From: a virus
Taxonomy: Duplodnaviria; Caudoviricetes
DNA: 29,484 nt
Virus record (IMG/VR): IMGVR_UViG_3300005805_000329
Coordinates: 1-29,484 of that record
Reading direction: 5' to 3' (one strand)
Every line of letters starts with the position of its first letter. Within the stretch, counting starts at the first letter, position 1. Below are positions 25,775-29,484 of this stretch, piece by piece. A model generated the notes under the pieces. The model saw only the letters and a program-made list of their open reading frames with translations, was not told the DNA's origin and ran no database searches. The translations under genes were made by a program, and so were the position numbers.

Positions 25775-26758
25775 TTATTTGTTGTTTATGAATTTGTTTA
25801 CACTAGAAAATCTTTGATGTGCACTTAAAGTCACACCCTCACTCATCACCTCTTCCTCTACTTCTACAGATAGAGCCTCCTCAAGTTGGTTCTTAAGGTC
25901 AGCAATCATAGCAAGTAGAGCATTCATTTGCTCATCCATTGCAGGCTTAACTATAGCAAGGATAGCCTCTGCATCAGCTACAGGGTCTACTGCCATTGTT
26001 TGCTCCTCTGCAGGAACTTCCGCTGTTACTTCCTCTTCGATAACAGTTTCCTCTAGAGCTACTTCCTCAGAAGCCTCTACTTTTTCAACATCTTTTACTT
26101 CAACTACTTTACCGTCTTTTACAACGTAGATTTTTTCGTTGATGATGTGCTCGCCATCTGGCAACATTAACTCATTCATTTGTGTATTATTTTGGGATTG
26201 TTTTTGCTCTTTCAATTTCATGCCTAAGTACCCCTCAATACTGAAACCTATCTGTTCTTGACTAACAAGCTCAGCATAGTACTCTTTATCAGTTACCTGA
26301 GCTGTTACCATTAGTGTACCCTCCGGTACTTCAATACCAAATGATGAGTAAGCTTTGTCCTCTTTTGGGTTATCTACTATCCATGCCTCAAGTACATAGG
26401 CAGGAACGGTCTTAGATTGGTCATGCTCCAGGTTGAATAGGTCTCGGTTGACCATCTGCTGCATGAACTTGCCATGAATTTTCTCAATCTCTTCCTTGCT
26501 AAACTTGACATTGTACTCCTCTTTGCTATCCTCATCAAATCGGTATATCTCCATAGGTATTAAAGCAGGTGCAGTGATACGGTACTTGAGTTCATCCGAA
26601 AAGAATAAGGGCTTAGCTTGAGAACTGAATGCCATACCCTTAACTTTGATTGCAGGAGTAGCTGTAAAAGCTATCTGCTCAATGCCAAGGTCCTCACCAT
26701 TTTCAGCGTATGCTGGGTCAATGGTTATTTGATAGGTAGGGATATTGTCTTTTGCCAT
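25775..26758 (-). CDS. Prohead protease (XkdF-like) fused to an acidic scaffold domain
   Basis: IAFTATPAI, APALIP, NLEH, EAWIV, GFSIEG; Glu-rich C-terminus with LPDGEH. Confidence 0.82.
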   Translation of the reverse strand: MAKDNIPTYQITIDPAYAENGEDLGIEQIAFTATPAIKVKGMAFSSQAKPLFFSDELKYRITAPALIPMEIYRFDEDSKEEYNVKFSKEEIEKIHGKFMQQMVNRDLFNLEHDQSKTVPAYVLEAWIVDNPKEDKAYSSFGIEVPEGTLMVTAQVTDKEYYAELVSQEQIGFSIEGYLGMKLKEQKQSQNNTQMNELMLPDGEHIINEKIYVVKDGKVVEVKDVEKVEASEEVALEETVIEEEVTAEVPAEEQTMAVDPVADAEAILAIVKPAMDEQMNALLAMIADLKNQLEEALSVEVEEEVMSEGVTLSAHQRFSSVNKFINNK

Positions 26759-26760
26759 CT

Positions 26761-26790
26761 ACCTATATTAAAAAAAACGTATATTTGTTC
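26761..26790 (-). promoter_or_regulatory. Putative phage late promoter 5 (head operon)
   Basis: GAACA-N15-TAATATAGGT-AG-ATG. Confidence 0.7.
26780..26787 (+). promoter_or_regulatory. Bacteroidota sigma-A -7 element for the two plus-strand genes
   Basis: TATATTTG 15 nt upstream of the ATG at 26803. Confidence 0.6.
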
Positions 26791-26802
26791 AAAAATTTAA
26801 CT

Positions 26803-27351
26803 ATGATAACTATCTTAAACAGGGAAATTCCCAACCAACTTGAAGAGCTAACCATTGAGCAATTCGAGGCAATCACTGATATCAATAACAATCAGGAACT
26901 TGACCCCATTGATAAACACCTCCAGGTGTTCGCTTACCTTGGGATACCTGAGTCTGAGTTTTGGGATTATGACGTGGCAGATTTTGTGGGGATGGTCAAA
27001 GAGTTTAACTCAACAGAACGCAAAGAGTATCCGGTAGTAGAAGAGCTTGAGATTGATGGCTACATCTACAAGGCACAAATGAAGTTAACAGTACGTGATA
27101 CTAAGATGATTGAGAAAGTAGCACTAAGAAAAGAGAAAGGATATATCTCTGAGATGTTGGCAATCATGTTCAAACGTGAGGACCTTACACCCACTGAGCA
27201 CTACACAGATGCCCACATCAAGCAGAAAGCAAAGCTCATCCGTAAATTGAATGCAGCTATCTCCATTCCATACATGATGTTTATCGCACAGAAAATAGGA
27301 CAGCAAGCTAATGATCAAGCTACCGAAGCAGTGGAGCCAAGTAACTCTTGA
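26803..27351 (+). CDS. Putative tail assembly chaperone-like protein A (182 aa)
   Basis: Likely start MITILNREIPNQLEELTIEQF; appears paralogous to the next gene. Confidence 0.6.
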   Translation: MITILNREIPNQLEELTIEQFEAITDINNNQELDPIDKHLQVFAYLGIPESEFWDYDVADFVGMVKEFNSTERKEYPVVEELEIDGYIYKAQMKLTVRDTKMIEKVALRKEKGYISEMLAIMFKREDLTPTEHYTDAHIKQKAKLIRKLNAAISIPYMMFIAQKIGQQANDQATEAVEPSNS

Positions 27352-28051
27352 GCAGTTCATTGAATTTAGTCAGATAGATAAAGAGCAGGGAGCCTACCAT
27401 TACAATAGTGAGGCTCTCTCTATTTTATCGGATGAACCTATTGAGGTTATTGAGGACCTTGATGTGGATGAGTTAGCAGAACTTATTAACGAGTCAAGAT
27501 GGTGTACCTCTGAGCCATCCAAAAGATATAAGCATGAGCTGTTAGGGTTGAAGCTTAAGCCACTCAGTAAGCTAACGCTGTACGAATACATTGACCTTGA
27601 CTATTTTTTTAGTAATAACTACATCATTAATCTTGATAAGGTATGTGCCATCCTGTACCGGCAAACTAAACTAAATGAATGGGGTGATGAAATCATGGAG
27701 CCTTATGACTTTGACTGCAATATCAGAGCTGAGAAATTTCATGACTTACCAATCACTGATGTGTATGGTATTGTTCATGAGTTCCTGAAGTTCAGAGATA
27801 ACTTCCTTAAGACCTATGAAAACTTATTTACCGGTGACCTAGATACTCCACTCACTGATGAAGAGAAAGCTAATCTTGAGCCTGAAGAGATAAAAGAAAT
27901 TGAGAAAGAACAGTCTCAGGTAAAGTACTCATGGGAACAAACCATCTATGGCTTGACTAATGGCGACATAACTAAGAGTGATAAGATAGGTGTCCTACCA
28001 CTCGTTTATGTTTTCAATATCCTTTCAATGAAAAAAGAGTTAGACATCTAA
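27311..28051 (+). CDS. Putative tail assembly chaperone-like protein B
   Basis: LPKQWSQVTLEQF, LTLYEYIDLD, CAILYR, YSWEQTIYGLTNGDITK. Confidence 0.65.
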   Translation: MIKLPKQWSQVTLEQFIEFSQIDKEQGAYHYNSEALSILSDEPIEVIEDLDVDELAELINESRWCTSEPSKRYKHELLGLKLKPLSKLTLYEYIDLDYFFSNNYIINLDKVCAILYRQTKLNEWGDEIMEPYDFDCNIRAEKFHDLPITDVYGIVHEFLKFRDNFLKTYENLFTGDLDTPLTDEEKANLEPEEIKEIEKEQSQVKYSWEQTIYGLTNGDITKSDKIGVLPLVYVFNILSMKKELDI

Positions 28052-28492
28052 TGGGAACCCAGGAGTAAATCCTGCAGGAGGGTCAACTGCTTCAAATGTG
28101 TACACAATTTTTTGCTGATTTTCAAGGACCTCAACAGCTTGCACCAATGGATACTTTTTAGTTAACCATTCAGTGTACTGGCTGTATATTTCTGCAGTGA
28201 TACCTGCAGCGTTTAACTCATCCGTAAATTGTGCAACGAAATCACGAGGGGTGATCACTCCACCATTCCAAAGAAACGCACCATTGTTCAGGAATATAAA
28301 GTAATACATGGCTACTATTTGTATCTCCAACTTTTGAAAGCCTGTTATCTTGGCATTGATACGGATACTTTCTACCAATGTACCCTCACCATCCACAACA
28401 TCATTGCGAATAATTCTCTTTAAGATGTTAGCCATTCTCCTACGTGTAGGATATAGCACATTAAACTCCCCTGTGTTTGCGTATCTAGCCAT
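28040..28492 (-). CDS. HK97 gp10-like tail completion/neck protein
   Basis: DGEGTLVESIR...YYFIFLNNG resembles the DTG.L..SI...Y..F...GT pattern. Confidence 0.55.
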   Translation of the reverse strand: MARYANTGEFNVLYPTRRRMANILKRIIRNDVVDGEGTLVESIRINAKITGFQKLEIQIVAMYYFIFLNNGAFLWNGGVITPRDFVAQFTDELNAAGITAEIYSQYTEWLTKKYPLVQAVEVLENQQKIVYTFEAVDPPAGFTPGFPLDV

Positions 28493-28607
28493 TCTGCTCT
28501 TCTTTTAATTTTTCAAGGTACTGCAATAGAGGTAGGGCATACTTCATTGGTAGCTCAGCCAAGTAAGCCTTAATCTCTTCTAGTTGTTTTTCGTCTAATT
28601 GTATCAT
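28485..28607 (-). CDS. Small helical protein (40 aa), tail-fibre-associated
   Basis: Manual translation MIQLDEKQLEEIKAYLAELPMKYALPLLQYLEKLKEEQNG; ATGA overlap. Confidence 0.65.
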   Translation of the reverse strand: MIQLDEKQLEEIKAYLAELPMKYALPLLQYLEKLKEEQNG

Positions 28608-28852
28608 GATATTATTGTTACTCCTATAGCATCTGCTACATATTCATTAACCACATTGTTATCCGTACCCCATGTTGCAAACTGCTCCTCCGTCATGGTG
28701 TAGTTGCCATCCAATAAGGGTGTACCTTGCTCATTATATAGTTGCCAATAGGTCTCAGCTGTGGTAGCATTAGTAGCAAAGTTCAAAACAAGCACTGACA
28801 TCTGAGATGCTGTGCCTTTGGTTGGTATGTTAATTGGTTCTATCTGTATCAT
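28604..28852 (-). CDS. Tail-fibre-associated small protein (82 aa)
   Basis: Likely start MIQIEPINIP in a TAATG overlap with the fibre stop codon. Confidence 0.65.
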   Translation of the reverse strand: MIQIEPINIPTKGTASQMSVLVLNFATNATTAETYWQLYNEQGTPLLDGNYTMTEEQFATWGTDNNVVNEYVADAIGVTIIS

Positions 28853-29484
28853 TAGTAGAAGTTTTGCCAAGCAGTGCCGTTGTATCCGCAGTGCTTGTTG
28901 TTAGTTGTATCATATACTACCAATCCTGCAGCAGGAGCAGCTATAGCTAACATCTGTGCATTGGTCATTCGTGGAGGTAGGAAGCCTTGAGTTGTTGAGG
29001 TTACTTCCATCACAGCAGATGCTGCAGTTGGTGTACCTACTGATAACTTGTTTTGTATTCTAGCAGTACCATTCACATCTAACTTATATCCTGCATCAGT
29101 TGATGTGTTAATAGATACATTTCCACTTGAAAAAATAGTCATTCGTGTACCACTTACTGAATCGGCAAAGTATAAATTATTAGCAAACCCACTTGATGCA
29201 GTATTCCCACCTACTGCAATTTGATATGTTTTACCTGAAGCACCACTATTTTTTATGTTCAAAACACTATATCCACTTGTATTAGAGTTATCAACAATAA
29301 AATTTGTTACGGATGTTAAATTATTTATAGTCGTATTCAATAAATTAGTTGTACCATTTGATAAAATTTTGAACGGTGTTGCTGTTGATGTTGGTGAATC
29401 AATATAAAAAACTGCATTTAATCCCGTAGTTGTTCCACCCGTTCCAATGTTCCACGTTTTTGCTGTTGTTTGTAATCTTAAAAC
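28852..29484 (-). CDS. Tail fibre/receptor-binding protein, 3' part
   Basis: Continuation of the ORF from 706; RMTIFSSGNV, YKLDVNGTAR, TSTTQGFLPPRMT...GLVVYDTTNNK. Confidence 0.88.
   Translation of the reverse strand, partial: VLRLQTTAKTWNIGTGGTTTGLNAVFYIDSPTSTATPFKILSNGTTNLLNTTINNLTSVTNFIVDNSNTSGYSVLNIKNSGASGKTYQIAVGGNTASSGFANNLYFADSVSGTRMTIFSSGNVSINTSTDAGYKLDVNGTARIQNKLSVGTPTAASAVMEVTSTTQGFLPPRMTNAQMLAIAAPAAGLVVYDTTNNKHCGYNGTAWQNFY
29325..29484. repeat. Terminal direct repeat, right copy
   Basis: 159/160 identical to 1-160. Confidence 0.97.

Noticed and set aside
27290-27351. Programmed -1 frameshift between the chaperone-like genes
   Set aside because: The second ORF is in the +1 frame, has its own ATG and full N-terminal domain, and I see no XXXYYYZ slippery site
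28852-29484. Diversity-generating retroelement acting on the tail fibre
   Set aside because: No reverse transcriptase gene; the only repeat is the terminal overlap with a single synonymous mismatch
1-29484. Stop-codon recoding, tRNA genes, CRISPR array
   Set aside because: Genes are intact in code 11 and end in TAA, TAG and TGA; no cloverleaf or spaced repeat array seen by eye

Overview
The window is very likely a complete circular (or circularly permuted) genome of about 29,324 bp from a small siphovirus-like tailed phage. Bases 1-160 repeat at 29325-29484 with one synonymous mismatch, and a 392-aa tail-fibre gene reads in frame across the join. TAnnTTTG promoters, DUF3127-, MKQTAVEWL- and VirE_N/BT4734-like genes and a Flavobacteriia-type Fur-box-like palindrome point to a Bacteroidota host. 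All genes but two are on the minus strand. Modules: early/replication (primase-polymerase/SF3 helicase, iteron origin, ERF, YqaJ-like exonuclease, SSB-like, VRR-NUC-like, DnaA-domain-IV-like HTH, HNH-like), packaging, head, tail and lysis (holin, amidase, u-spanin-like). I see no integrase, family A/B polymerase, tRNA or CRISPR array. The most interesting signal is a regulatory circuit readable from the DNA. A phage ECF-like sigma factor, co-transcribed with two small Cys proteins, is paired with five copies of RAACA-N15/16-YAATATAGGT, each 0-2 nt from the start codon of a late operon (leaderless late promoters). One copy overlaps a divergent host promoter. The early promoter region carries a Fur-box-like palindrome and a consensus DnaA box. 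Protein calls come from motif recognition only, without database searches.
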